This document shows positions 12,661 through 25,700 of a stretch of DNA of 64,000 bases, piece by piece. A model generated the notes under the pieces. That model made no database searches, had not been told where the DNA came from, and saw nothing but the letters and a program-made list of their open reading frames with translations. The stretch spans positions 1 to 64,000 of the forward strand of contig JAUPSS010000005.1 in the NCBI GenBank assembly GCA_040285825.1, written 5' to 3'. A program made the translations under genes and the position numbers. Each line of letters starts with the position of its first letter. The stretch's first letter is position 1. Source of the DNA: Eukaryota sp. TZLM1-RC (Eukaryota > Protista > Metamonada: BaSk clade).

Positions 12661-13919
12661 CTGGTTATCAGTGTTTACATGTTTCCACTTTCCATTAACC
12701 TACAATTACATTTCTCTCTCTTAATTATTAAGTCAAGAAAGTGCTGTTCGGAATCTTCTATGACCTGTTCTTAGTGCTCATAGATTGTTATATTCCACGG
12801 TGCTCAGTCCACACGGTATTTCAATGACATCATTCATGGCTGCTCAAGGTATACAGCCTGTGGTTTTATCTGGAGTCCATGTTTTGAATCTTGTTTTGGG
12901 ATTAGTGGCACGTGTTGGTTCAAATAAATTGTTCATTAAATTGCCCAATTTGGACGGAAGAAAACTGATTTTTTGTTAAAATATGTTTTAATATGTTAAT
13001 GTTATTTATTATTGTTTATTCACTTTTCAATTCTGTAAGGAGTTATTACCTTTTAGTTTGTTAATTATTGTGGGAAGATTTGGTTTTCCCTCGTTGAAGT
13101 ACATATTGTGCAAGTCTCAAAGATCACCCTATTCTCCGTGGTGTTGAGCAAATTCTTTCTCAATTTGTTGCTTTCTTATTTTTTGTTGTTTCTATTGTAG
13201 TGTCAGATCCTTATTTTTCTTTTATCCCCATCACTGTTTTCCTCTTAGCTGTCTATTCAAGCTGATTTGTTTATTTCTCCTGGTTTAGGCAACCTGAGGT
13301 GGATTAGAAAGATAATGAATGTTTGAAAGAATCTACTGTCTTATTTTTTTTAACACGAAATTAGATCGTGTACTTTTGGGAATTTTCCTCGGATATTGGC
13401 ACTATTCGCTTCATTTTAAAATTCTTAACAACATTCACAACAACCTGCTTAACAACTTTCGTAAGGAAAACGCCTGAACTCCGCACTTTGAACCAATCCA
13501 TTTTCACAGTTTTTAGGATTATATGTTTCTCCAGCATTGACCAACGTTTATAATGTTGCTATAGACTGATTCCAATATTGTTGAGAACTTGTTAAACCTG
13601 AGGAGTGCGATATTGCTTTCACCATATTGTATAATATTGGTCTATTCAATCAACTATACTGGAGGACTTTTTTGCTGTTAACATTGAAAGTAAACTCAGT
13701 ACTTTCATAGACGTTTTTGAATACTGTACAAAACAAGGTGTTGAACAACAAAACAATGATCGGCCTTCTGGTAGAATTTCATGAAGGTTCCACCTTGGAC
13801 ATACAGGTCTGAACTATTTCCTCAATTTCCAGCTGATGAGATCAGTAGACCTACTGGGTATACAGAAATATTTTCATTTATTCCAATCAAACACAAAATA
13901 TACGACCAGGTTAAAATTC

Positions 13920-14300
13920 TATGTCTTCATAACCCAAATCAGCCAAGAAGAATTGACTGGATGTTTTTCCTTCTTAAAAGCGTCCAAGACATAACAAAGC
14001 TGAAGATAATATGGGAACAACACCTTTAAAAATGGAAAATACAATTCTGTTTTGCCAAAAACTCTTGTCAAAAACTCTTCCAGTACATTGTTTTACATTT
14101 TCAACAAAATCATCCAGAAAAAAAAGCAAGAGGACCAGGTGTGCCATGAAGGGATGCTGCAAATGGACAGAGAACATAATGAGTATGCAAGTCTGCATTT
14201 AAGGATAACAATTTTCCGTTGTATTTGTGAGTTTTTGCTTTTTCGAAAACAGTTAAGGGGTTTCTTTATTTTGATTGAGCCATTGGAATAAAAGAATCAT
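13920..14300 (-). mobile_element. 3'-end fragment of RLE non-LTR retrotransposon
   Basis: FLDDFVENVKQCTGRVFDKSFWQNRIVFSIFKGVVP. Homologous to 53781-54101 at nucleotide and protein level. Confidence 0.85.
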
Positions 14301-15089
14301 TGCATACATCAGTGGATCTCACATCTGTAATAAAAATAGGGTATACAGAAACGTAAATAAGTAAGGCATCACAGGCTGCGGGTTACAGGGCTGTTAAGAT
14401 GAGGTTTCCCAACTCAACGATTTATGTATTGGACAATCGTAAGCGCTCGTTTTAAGATTAATTGAGGGTCTTCTTCAACAGTTTCTGCCGTCATGTGTAC
14501 TTCACTGGATAAAAATTATTAACTCGACTTTGATCTGTCAATGAGTTCTCATCAGGTATTCTTGTGAAGTGTAATAAGAAAATAGAAGATTTCATCACGT
14601 TTCTTGTTACTAATATCATGTTGTTGGTATAAATCTAAAAATTGATCACCTCGAAGGTCCAGAGAGCTTTTGGATACTGGTGTTAAAAACTTGAAAAATC
14701 ATTACCATCAACTAAAAAAGGGCTTTTGAATTGGCTTAATCTCAAACTATCAAAAGAAATTAACATAGATAATGTTGTTACGTACCCTTTCAGTTTGTGC
14801 ATTTCTGTTGAAAAAACTTTCCACATCTGCTTTGTCAACATAAACTCAAATCAATTGAGTGATTAATTTTTTCAATTTAAAATTGACACAAATAGATTTA
14901 ATATGGAAATGGTTTTGTTTGCCGCGATTTGGGAATACAGAATTGCAAGTCAATTAGATCATTTTTTAATGTCTATACATTGATGTTGCTGAAGTCGATA
15001 TTTTTCAGGACAAACGAACCGTTGTTTGTGAATCAGGTAAACGTGATTTTTTGTATTCTGGGCACAAATGGAAAAATAAAAATTAAATT

Positions 15090-17460
15090 AATATTTATTT
15101 TCTACGAAGAATCAAGTAGAAACAAAACAAACTAAAACACATAAGAAAATAAATTCTCCACGCCAACTCTTGATGAATCCTTATAAAGTTTGGACATCAT
15201 TAAACTCAAGTACCTGGGAACACTTCTGTACAAAGCGAAAATGATACGACTCTTCCATAAATTCCCTGCAAAATTCTTACCACTTGAGATTCAAAGGCAG
15301 CAAAGACGGGATTATTAATCTTAGTCACACTAAGTCGTTTAGAAGAATCCAGGTCTTCAATACCAATAAGAACAGACGTCTGTAATTTCACAACAGCAAG
15401 ATGAAGATTGGTAAAAGATCTCGAAGGCACAGCAGGCAAACTTGAAGGAAAACTCCTATTCCAAACATCAACAGGTAGTTCCTGCACCATGTTTTCAAGA
15501 AAAACTAATAAAGGATGTGATTCATTCAAAGGAATATGATCAAAACGAAGTTTCCACTCAAAAAGAAAATTTTTCATACCACCAATAAAAGCACTTTTGC
15601 ATAAATACTTTGCCTTTGAAAAACCAACTCCACCAAATTTAGGACTAAAAAATGCATGATAAAGAATTTTAGATGGACAAACTTCTACTAAATTTCCTAA
15701 GAAATTTGTCCTCACAGTATTGAAATGACGTGCAAAATCATGAGAAATTGTGGAAGATAAAGAACGAAGAATATGATTAATTTTTGATCCAAAACACACA
15801 TTTAGGACCGAAAACGCTAAATGTTTGTCAATTTCTAGATCTTGAATAGCCAAAAGTTGCTCTTCGATTTTTTCCAAAATGCCTGACAAAATCGATTTCA
15901 CCTGTTCACAATTTCTAAAATAAGAGCCAAGAAACCGAATAGCATCTTCCTCGTAATCAACGTAATTGATAAAAGTTTCATTAAATGCCACCTCCGCATT
16001 CTGATTACCAATAATTGCGGATGGCCGATAAGTGATTAATCATATGCATAAGCACATATATGAATGTCAGGAAAATCCGATTTAAATTTTACCAATACTG
16101 ATTGCAGTGCTAAGCAAAAGAAAAATGGACCCAATAAATCCCATTGTTTGACGCCTCTTGACGAAACAATATTCACAGAATGAAAAATTGAGTTAGAGGG
16201 TGATCCATACATCAATTTAAAAAACGGCAAAAGTAGAGGATAATGTAGTTCAAGTTCTTGCAAACAACTGGAGCGAAAAACCGAGTTGAAAGCATTTTTA
16301 AAATCAATGTTCAATAAATAATTTTCGCCTTTTTGATTGAAAAGTAAATCTGTACAAAACGCAGCACAAGTTGTGCCATCAGGAATTCCGATAGCAAACT
16401 GATAAGGACGAAACAAATTAATTGCGGATGACTTAACTCTTTTAAAAGAAATAATTGCTAATTATCTCATTATGGACTCACCAACAACAATAGATCTGAC
16501 ACCACCTCCAGACTTACTTAAAGCAACTAAACGAGATGCCGTTAATGCTTGTGGTAACTTGAAACGTCCCATGATAACACTATTAAAAAAGAAAGTTAAA
16601 TCATCCAAGATTTCTGGACATATGTTGACGGCCGACTTCAAATGATCATAACTAAGTCCAGAAGGCCCAGCAGAACGACCAGACGGAAGTCCTTTAATAG
16701 CTACACTAACTTCATCACAAGTAATAGGATTAGCAGTGAAGAAATCACGTTCATTATCAGAGACGATGTGATTTATGGTGAAGTCTTCAGGTGGATAAAG
16801 AGAATTTAAAAAATCCAAAGTTTTATGATTGCAGGCAGCAGGAGAAGAGCCAGCCAATAATTTAAGAGCTGAAGAGTATTGTGAATGAAGAATCAAAGAC
16901 TCAAAACGTTTTTTGACATTTTTAGATTGTTGAACCGACCTCTTATATTTAGATTTCTTGTGTGAAGACATAGCCTTAGAAAGAAAAAATTTCCAAAAAA
17001 TCGAACGATTCCAAATGCCCTTTCGAAGAGAGAAGGTTAAAGATCGAATAACTGTTGCAAGAAAAGACGAGTGAACAGGAGAAACGAAATGAGGGATTGT
17101 AAATGGAGGTCTACAAGGATCAATTGGCGTACAAGAATCACAAACCAAAAGAGGTCGACCCGAAACATTGAATCCAGAAACTGGAGAACAACAGAACAAA
17201 CAAGATTTTGTATTACTACTGACTGAAGACGAATGAAGTATATGTGGTGGCTCAATAGACTCAATAGGTGAAAATAATGATGCCAATACATCTTCATCTG
17301 ACATAACTTTTCGCTGAGGACATGTTGTTTTTGTGTGACCAACAGTTTTGCACAAAGAACAGGTAGTCACAGAATTCTTAGGGCGTCCTCTAGAAGGTTT
17401 AGAAGTAACTGACTTCGGAGTCATAGATAAGCATGGAGGGGGTGAGGAATTAAATTAATT
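15090..17460 (-). mobile_element. Degenerate CRE-like non-LTR retrotransposon (single ORF broken by stops and frameshifts; endonuclease region internally deleted)
   Basis: ORF pieces 16462-17424, 16036-16416 and 15206-15991. They carry RGRP, CSLCKTVGHTKTTC (CCHC) and CLFC...CDSC. RT motifs: SAGPSG, RLVALSKSGGGVRSIVVGE, PYQFAIG, IDFKNAFNSV, GVKQWDLLGPFFF, AYAYD (decayed YxDD). Thumb: SPKFGGVG. Confidence 0.93.
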
Positions 17461-17817
17461 TTTAATGGTGGATAATACAATAGATAAAAATCAATAAGTG
17501 AAAAATGAGTTTAAACAGTTACATAATTGTTTAGTAAAAACAGAAGTTTCAAAAATCGAAACTGAACAGCCAGGGAAATGTCACAGGAATAATCAAGACT
17601 AAAAATACAAATAGATGAGAATGACTTGAGATGCCCTAATTTTTGAAGAGGAAAACAGATATGCGATCTCGTTTACTGAAGCAGGACAGGAAAGGAAACA
17701 GAAGATAGAGTTCATTGAATAAAAAATAAAAAATAAAAAATAAAGATGTCCTTGCTGAATTATCAACGTTTGATTTGATTGCTTATCAGGTGACAATACT
17801 AGCCATTATCAGATAGA

Positions 17818-18333
17818 ATGAACAGCCAGCTCTCCGATCGCGATACTGGATATTCTGCTAGCCGAATAGCCAGTAACAACAGCCCTGGGGCGCCTCGTTT
17901 TGTCTTGAATCACAGCACCCTTTCACAGAATACACTACCTACATTTACTCAAAGGTGTCTGAATCAGGATGTTCAATGTCCAGTTCCTCATCGGTATCCA
18001 GTTGCGTCCACTGATCGGCACGAAAAATCTCCACAGTCGCTGTCTACACTGTCTGATTCTAGTGTTTTTAACATTTCTGCAAAATCCTGTTTTTCATCAA
18101 CTATTGATGATTGTTCGTTAGCTGAAGAGCTTACGAACCTCTCGCTCACCGTCGATATGGTCGATTACTCACCCACACAGAGGGGTTCATTAATGGTACC
18201 TTTAGGCAACACTAGGGTGCGACGAAGTGCACGGTTGAACCCTCAATACTGCATATCTGAAGTACCCAGGGTGTCCAAAAATGGTGCACTGACCATAAAT
18301 GAAGCAGATGTCAAGGAAAACCTTCAAGTTTGA
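17818..18333 (+). CDS. Hypothetical Ser/Thr-rich protein (171 aa)
   Basis: ATG-initiated ORF, more GC-rich than its flanks, followed by an AT-rich region containing AATAAA. No recognisable domain; it could belong to the adjacent retroelement. Confidence 0.4.
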   Translation: MNSQLSDRDTGYSASRIASNNSPGAPRFVLNHSTLSQNTLPTFTQRCLNQDVQCPVPHRYPVASTDRHEKSPQSLSTLSDSSVFNISAKSCFSSTIDDCSLAEELTNLSLTVDMVDYSPTQRGSLMVPLGNTRVRRSARLNPQYCISEVPRVSKNGALTINEADVKENLQV

Positions 18334-18705
18334 TCAAGTGCTTTTTGTGGAAGATTGCATTTGATTTTGTACATTATTTACTAAATTTTTTGAATAATAA
18401 ACTCTGTATTTTATTTAGTTAATTTTTTCTACAACTACGACGTATGACATTCTTCTTTCTGAAATGCAGGTATCCTCTCATCAATTTATGAAAATTGAAT
18501 GTAGTTGCTTTTGCCAAAGTCAAACTTGATACCATAATCAAGAGATGTTTGATCAAAGTTCCAAACCAGAACTTGTTTCACTATTCGCATATTGAATGGA
18601 AGATTATTTGTAGCAGAACAATAAGCTACTTGTGTGGTAGTTCATTTGGTTTGATTTTATAATTTTGTATTTATCGCTTTAAATTAAATAATATTTTATC
18701 ATACA

Positions 18706-20898
18706 TTAATTATTTTGAATATAAATTTTCCTTATGTAGCCAGTAGCTTCAGCAGCCGCTTCTTGAATTTTGTCATAATCACTTCCAAGTAGTTTTACCA
18801 ACAAAGGAACAGCACCCGCAACTCTCAACTCAAGGCTATTCTTTTCAGCCTTCGCTAACTGTGAAAGTGCTTCTGAACAAGCCCTCAACACTGTCGGTCT
18901 TGGGTCTTTTAGAAATTTAACCAATGGAGTGACTGCAGAAAGGTGTGCAAAACGTACTCTATTGGCTGGAAGGCTACAAACGACTGTAATTGCCTCGCAA
19001 AGAGCTCTAGACAATCCACCATCAATTGGTGGTGCTCTGATGTCTGTTATAGACAGATCAGTGAAATTGTCTGGTGCAGAGGGATCAAAAATGAGCCCAT
19101 CATCGACAGAAATTTCAAGACTGGTTGCAATTCCGACCAAACGAGCCAACAAAGGAACTACACCATCTTCTGTTATTACTTTTAGATTTCCTTCACTTTT
19201 GGCAACCTTACTGACTGCCATACAACCATTACAGACAAGCGTGACGTCGTCTACAGTCAGCAACCCCAACAAAAGCTCCAGACCACCTATAAATGTTCTA
19301 CCAATAGTTTCCACATTCTCCAAGGACAACAAAGGAACAGCAGCAGCAGCGGCATTGGACTTTACCAAATCATTGCTAGATCTGAATAAACTCCACAACA
19401 ACCTCAACGCATCCAACTCAGTCATTATCTTTGCACAGTCCTTATCTTGACCCAGCGATGCAAGTGCTGCAGTGACAGGAATTAAAAGGTCATTTTGAGT
19501 TGATAAAAGACATTTAATTAGCATTGGTAGAATATTAGCATTTTTAATTGCTTGAGGGCCAATTGGGTGATGTCTTGAAATGTAACAAATGCACTTACAT
19601 GCTAGGATTTGGGCATTGGAATTGGAGCTATTGACAAGGTTAGCCAAATGCATAACCAATTTGCATTCAATAAATGATTTTGCTATTTCGCTGTCAATGC
19701 TAGCGACTGAGCAACAAGATAACAAGTGTTCCAAACCATCGACAAGTGATTGATTGATATTTGATTGATTACTTGACTGACCAAAAGAGGAAGCTAACTG
19801 TCCTAATAAGGTAACAATATGGGAAAGACTGTTGTTGTCTTTTTTTCCTTTCAAAAGTGTATTTAGTTCTTTCTTTGAAGACAGTAAAAATCTAAGTACT
19901 GCTGTTGATGCCAATCGAATATTAAAGTCAATGTTTGGTTCTAAAAGAGACACCAAATTATTAAAAGTTTTTTCATTGTAGAAATCTTCAATTCCAGAGC
20001 AATTTTTTACAAGCAGTGACAAGCACTTGACAAGTGGCAATAACAAAGAAGAGATCATCTCCAAATTTTCGTCATGTCCATCACGTTGACGACTTGCCAG
20101 AGAGTTGAACAATTTTTGAAGTGCTTTTAACCCATCTAATGATTTAAACAACTGAATATTTTTTTTGTTTTTAAAAGCACTTTCAAACAATCTACATACA
20201 GAAGATCCAATTTTAAAGGCATCCAAAGAATCAAGTTTTAATAACAAAGGATCAGGATCTCTTTGATGACGAGTGGTGACGTGGCCCTTCCTGGTTAGTA
20301 CAGTACAGCATGATTGAAGTAAATAGAGGGCAAGACCTAGAGAACATTTCTTGGGGATTCTTGAAGAGTCTTGAATAGTCAACGGTGCTCGCAAAGACTT
20401 TCTATTTGCCGCAGTGTTGAAAGAGATCTTTGCCATAGCATCCAAGAGAGAAGTTATTTGGTCTACATCCAGTTTTGGAGACATCATCAACGTGTCATCA
20501 TTGGAAAGTCGTTGACCAAGAACTACTATTGCATTGTGGGAAGCAGCAGTATTCTGAACAAGTGGATGAGAAGCACAAGAGGCTAGGATGTTGGCAGCAG
20601 CTGTACAAGATTTGGATGATAGGGAAGGAACAAGAGAAAGTATGGTGGGTACTCCATCAAAGTAGACAAATGCAAGCTGTGCCTCGGTAGTTGAAAGGTT
20701 AACCTCTGATAAAAAGAGTAAAGCAGCATCAATAGCTGATTGTTTTGAATTGGTTTGGCCCTGTAGTGATGAGATAAGGCGCTGAACAGCTAAAGCCTCT
20801 GAAGAACCATCAACCCGGGTCTTGTGGATCGATAGTAGTAGTTCCTCTGAATCAAACCCGTCATCATTATCTGAATCATGATAACGAGATGTAGCCAT
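18706..20898 (-). CDS. ODAD2: Armadillo-repeat outer dynein arm docking complex subunit (ARMC4/ODAD2)
   Basis: LDALRLLWSLFRS, GRTFIGGLELLLGLL, NLKVITEDGVVPLLARL and AVTPLVKFLK match the conserved ARMC4 C-terminal repeats. Confidence 0.88.
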   Translation of the reverse strand: MATSRYHDSDNDDGFDSEELLLSIHKTRVDGSSEALAVQRLISSLQGQTNSKQSAIDAALLFLSEVNLSTTEAQLAFVYFDGVPTILSLVPSLSSKSCTAAANILASCASHPLVQNTAASHNAIVVLGQRLSNDDTLMMSPKLDVDQITSLLDAMAKISFNTAANRKSLRAPLTIQDSSRIPKKCSLGLALYLLQSCCTVLTRKGHVTTRHQRDPDPLLLKLDSLDAFKIGSSVCRLFESAFKNKKNIQLFKSLDGLKALQKLFNSLASRQRDGHDENLEMISSLLLPLVKCLSLLVKNCSGIEDFYNEKTFNNLVSLLEPNIDFNIRLASTAVLRFLLSSKKELNTLLKGKKDNNSLSHIVTLLGQLASSFGQSSNQSNINQSLVDGLEHLLSCCSVASIDSEIAKSFIECKLVMHLANLVNSSNSNAQILACKCICYISRHHPIGPQAIKNANILPMLIKCLLSTQNDLLIPVTAALASLGQDKDCAKIMTELDALRLLWSLFRSSNDLVKSNAAAAAVPLLSLENVETIGRTFIGGLELLLGLLTVDDVTLVCNGCMAVSKVAKSEGNLKVITEDGVVPLLARLVGIATSLEISVDDGLIFDPSAPDNFTDLSITDIRAPPIDGGLSRALCEAITVVCSLPANRVRFAHLSAVTPLVKFLKDPRPTVLRACSEALSQLAKAEKNSLELRVAGAVPLLVKLLGSDYDKIQEAAAEATGYIRKIYIQNN

Positions 20899-21064
20899 GA
20901 TAACGTGTATATAATGGAACGTTGAACAATTAAGTAGGGTTATGTGATGGAAAAATATCTAATGAGAGCTTTTATGCGTCTCCTTTTGAAAAATATTTGG
21001 GATTTAATTTTGCCAATTTTGATATATTTATAAATCTATTTATTTTTGGACTTCCACACTTAAC

Positions 21065-21270
21065 AAAATAAACTCAGAACTAATGGGACGAAATTCATTG
21101 AACCAACAATTGCTCTACAGATTCTTCATCTACTTGCTGTCTCGCTAAAGCTTCTCTAATTCGATTAAAAATCCGAGGCAATCTAGCAATTATGGCAAAT
21201 TGAATTCGAGATCGCCATAAAAAGATATCAAATCTTTTCAATAAATAAAATTTTGATATTTTCCAATTAA
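21065..21270 (-). mobile_element. 3' end of another RLE non-LTR family (further copies at ~24605-24675 and ~42340-42517)
   Basis: The block actaatgggacga(a/c)(a)t(t/a)cattgaacca occurs three times in the window. Translation KRFDIFLWRSRIQFAII parallels the WxNRIVFSI C-terminal motif. Confidence 0.75.
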
Positions 21271-21739
21271 TTCCCAATTTGCTTATTCTCATCTTCTGGA
21301 TGGTCTCAATGGCTCTTACATGAAAAACTTTATGTCTAGTGGTAGGAATTGTTGTATTTGTACATCGTCTATACTCGACGAAACTTGGGAGACTTGTCCA
21401 GATAACTGTTGGTTTGTAAAGGACAAGGATGGCCTTGAAAGACAACGGATGTGCCACTTATAGATCGGTAGCTTGAAATGGCATTTTTCCCTTACAACGC
21501 TATCAAATAGGTGATCTTGTCCCTTTCTTCACCTCCGCACAATTAAGAACGCATAAATAGAATATCATCAGTATTTTTATATAAAACAAAATAAACCAAA
21601 TTTTTTAAACGAAAATATTAATTCATGTCCTAAAATGATAAATAATTAAATTATTTAAGAGACACCCTAAATATACAACTAAATATATAAAACTGGCTAA
21701 ATAGACAAAACTCAAGCACGACAATTTTGTGATCAATTT

Positions 21740-22346
21740 ATGGAAAGGACTGTTGCTCATTCACAAAAAACTTAGAATTTACTGCAACTAGAAATATACT
21801 GATATGTTCAAACCGCTGACAGGAGTCTTCAGCAAGTTTGATATTCGCAAGATGCAAGAGGTTGTTCAAAGCATTGAAGACAACGACAATATTTTAACCA
21901 ACTCTTCCCTCAAAGCTCGTAATTTTACCGATACTAATGTCATTATGAGGTTTAGAGCATCGGGACAGCAGTTGCTGCCAGATTTCCTTCATCCTCAAGG
22001 GACATCAATTTTGATCCTTTTGTAATTGACAATTTTGAAGAACCTCTCCAACAAGAAAAGGAAAAGGAACATGAAAACGGTGTTGAAGCAGCTCTTCAGT
22101 CAGTCAGTTTTTCAAAGAATACAGGAGTTCTTCGAAGTTCAAAAGCATATCCTAGTTCATCACATCCAATCATTGATAGCAAACGCGCCACAAGAACCAT
22201 TAACGCAGGTTCGTAGTAGAGAAAGACCTATTGGAAACAGAATAAGACTCCCGTCCTTACATGAAGTTGTGGAAAGGGATGTAACAACAACAGTCAGAAG
22301 TAGATGTGCTTTATGTAACCAAAGCAGAGTACGCATAAATCCTTAA
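21740..22346 (+). pseudogene. Possible Mutator-like (MULE) transposase C-terminal remnant
   Basis: VRSRERP...RLPSLHE...RCALCNQ resembles the R-x-K-G-R-P...R-x-P-S-x-F-E plus zinc-knuckle tail of MULE transposases. No catalytic core seen. Confidence 0.4.
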
Positions 22347-22806
22347 CCATCAACACGTGTTGGAAGGTGTTAAGAATCCTTAATACCGCGTGCTATGCTT
22401 TTGTCATACCTCATGGATTGATTTTGCTTTGATAGTTATTACATACTACTTTAACAAACATTTATTAATAAAATGCTACAAATAGTCTTCATTCAAATCA
22501 AAGAATTGGATCTGGTTGGTAATCCGTATCACTTTCGATTTCTTGCTCCTAGCCACATCTTTTGGTGATGGCAGTTGCTCCAGAATGGGACACTGTCTTT
22601 AAATTTGACAATCGTAACCCTCCTGTGGTTTCCACCAACTTTGACTTTAAGAAGAGTGTAAAAGTGCAGTGAATAGGTTGTTGTGAAGTTTTATTATGAA
22701 ACGGAAACGGGGAAACAGAAACACGTTTTATGCAACACTATAAAACTATATTAAGCAATATTAATTGGGTTCTTAACACGCTCCAACACGTGTTGACACA
22801 TGTTAA
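22343..22806. mobile_element. TTAA-flanked non-autonomous DNA transposon (piggyBac-like MITE or deletion derivative), 456 bp
   Basis: TTAA at 22343-22346 and 22803-22806. Imperfect TIRs: ccatcaacacgtgttggaaggtgttaagaatcc versus the right end read on minus, catgtgtcaacacgtgttggagcgtgttaagaaccc. Confidence 0.78.
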
Positions 22807-24579
22807 AGAAATAAAGACTAGATTTTTCACCAGTGTTTATACTCATTGAATCAAGAAGAAGTGTGATGATGTCATGTGTCTCCCTTAGGAAATATAATTT
22901 GACCGAAAAAATTTGATCTCAAAATAAATTTTCGTGCTTGAGTTTTGTAAATTTAGCCAGTTTTGTATATTTATTTGTAAATTTAGATTGTTTCTTATTT
23001 CAACGTCAACTCTTTTTACATGGATGGAATGTTTAAAGACAGATTGACTCGTGAAAATGTTAAGTCCCAATCAATTAACAATTGTTGTTTTCTAGTAATA
23101 ATCAGCTGGTTTTGTTTCAATTGTTAAATTAATTGAACAAGAATACAAAAGTTTAGGCAGACAAAAAGTCCAAAAAATCAGCAGTTTTATAGGGGGTTAG
23201 CTGTTACAAGCTTGCCACGTGCAAACCATGTAAAAGTTTGGGCTATAAAGATAGAAAGGCATCGTTGAAGCCCATAAACAATTATCTAGTAGTTGGTAGC
23301 GTTGTTGCCCATTGAGAAGCCCATGTAAGCGGTTAATTGAGGTGTACACTTCAGTTTGTATTGCGGATATTTACATCCCTCTTCAATCACTCTAGGTATA
23401 CCCACAGTGAGCTAAAATAGATAAAGGTTCACAAACGAGTGGTTCAGATTCTTTCCTATCCCTCAATTGTGCGTCGTTTGCGCAAAGTTTGGCTAGGGTT
23501 ACAAGTTTGACTGCGATAGCACAAGAAGAAGAAAAAGTATTGACATAAGAACAGGAGATACAAGATACAATAGAAGACATGTGATAAAAAGCAGAATCAA
23601 GTTGAGGGTTAAAAACCTGCCAAAATAGGCAAGCAGAAGTCCAGAATTGTAACAAGTGTAAAATTTGATAGATGATTTCTTTATCACTACATGATAGACA
23701 CTCTCCACCCACTTGTGTTGCTGAACTTGGGTATTGACCCGCCCACCATTGCATACTTTGTACCTGTTCTTCGGTCAGAAGAAAACAGAAAACGTGTTGC
23801 ATCGCTGCTTTCTACATTTTTGAAACTTTTCTTAAACGCCATTTTCTCTCTGAGTCTAGACTCACTCCTCATTACAAAAGAAGACAATTATGCACTATTG
23901 AAAATGTCTCTGAAGCTCCTCGTCCGCTACATTGTCTTTCAGCCTTTAGAGGAGTCATTACCAACACCCAACGCCTTGATGTGAATATTATTTTAAAATT
24001 TCAAAAGTCACTTAACAATCTCTTTAACAATTTCCTTTGAAGAACCCACTGTAATGCCTCAAGAACCTGATGCTGAAATTTCTAAAATTAAAGAAGAACT
24101 TGAAACATACAGAGAGGAACTGCTGCCAAATCCTCACGCAGATTCCCTCATTATGGTTGCTTTGGCATTGATATATGAAGAATCGAAAGAGTGACACTTC
24201 TCCACAAAAGCGGTTTTTCAACTAGAGGACTGTTCTATTCACTTATGTCAATTTATGTACAATCAGAGAAAAAAATGATTAATTTAGTTATTGACTGATT
24301 GATTAAGATGAAACCTGGTTACTTATAGCTTACATCACAGACGAATTATTTTTTCTTTTTTCTATTCAATGCTGTAAAGTGTTGCAAATTGAAACAGGTT
24401 TCCAATTGAACAATTGTATTCCTCATATATCTCTGTGGTTTCATAGATGGTTTAGCGAGACTGTACTAAAAGCTTTTATGACTGTAGATCAAAAAAAGGT
24501 AATTCAGTCCTTGTATGTTGTTAAAGGAGGAATACATAGTATTGAAATTGCTTTTTCTAAATTGTTTCAACATAGATTG

Positions 24580-24675
24580 TATTTATTGAATTTGCACACT
24601 TAATTAAATTAACTCATAACTAATGGGACGACTATCATTGAACCAAGATTTCCTCTACAAAATCTTGATCTGCTT
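24580..24675 (-). mobile_element. Short 3'-terminal fragment of the 21065/42340 non-LTR family
   Basis: tcataactaatgggacgactatcattgaaccaagatttcctctacaaaatcttgatctgc is nearly identical to 42348-42407. The left part recurs at ~25890-25927. Confidence 0.75.
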
Positions 24676-24919
24676 AAAACATAAAACTAATAATTTCATT
24701 TCAACAGTAGAACTTGAACTTCTTATAGAAAATTGTAAACAAAGGTTGGGATTAACTAAAGGTTCAATTGAAAAACAAAGAATTTGCTAAACTTTTGAAC
24801 AAATCAAAACTAAAGAATTGTGGCGAATTGATAATACACAATTTCTGGCTCAACATCTACATCAAGTAATCCGTATTCTTGGTGAAATGAGACTGCGCTT
24901 CCTTCATCATCATTTCCAA

Positions 24920-25700
24920 TCTATTGTCGAAAAACCGCCAATAAAAGTTGTAAAAAGAGGAATAAATAAGACAATCAAAGACCATGACAAGCATATCTTT
25001 GATTTGTAAGTGTTCTCACAATAACCACTTAGCTACTGTCAGAGGAACATCCTTAAAACTATTTATTGTGTCAATATGAAAATACTGAATGTTGGAAGTT
25101 AAAGATTCATTTGATAAATTGTTGTGATCACGATGCCTCTCAGCTTGAAGAAACATTTTCCCAAACCGAAACTGCAAATTCAATGCATGAATACTACCAT
25201 AACGCTTTTGTTGATTTTAATGATTTCTCAATTCAATTACCGGATTTAAGCGCAATAATTTCCAAAGAATCAATTAAATTAATTTTAAGGAGGATGTGTG
25301 TTGCAAAATCAGACGAAAATATTTCAGATTTGGAACTATCAAAGAATGAATCCAAAAAAGTAATTAATGATATGATATTTCGAATTGCACTTTGAAACAG
25401 AAAATCCGTTTTAATTACTTAAATTTTTTTATGCAATTCTGCAAAATTTTGCTAATGAACTTGGTCAAAGAAGGATTGAATTTCCAAAAAATACATCAAT
25501 GAATCGAGTGTTTCACTATGTTTCAGTGCCAAACAAATTGCCATTAATTATGGCAATAATCTCAGTAAACACTTTCATCAATATGTTTCGGGTTGGTTAA
25601 ACTTTGTTATCTTAGAGATGCTCAGACTACAACAAATTCAGGAAACACATTTGAAGAAAAAATTATTGACTAACTCAACACAGTCAGATAAACCATTATC
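24920..25700 (+). pseudogene. Probable N-terminal (WED/REC) remnant of a Fanzor1 nuclease, family 2
   Basis: Across frames: KVVKRGINKTIK, LKLFI, and from 25501 ESSVSLCFSAKQIAINYGNNLSKHFHQYVSGWLN. This resembles the 'x-NN-I/L-xx-HF-xx-Y-V/L-xx-x-x-N' helix of Fanzor1. Same strand as the C-terminal remnant at 30915. Confidence 0.5.

Noticed and set aside
23190-24240. Possible hAT transposase remnant (ELETYREE...)
   Set aside because: Too fragmentary. No convincing TIR, TSD or catalytic motifs, so left unannotated.
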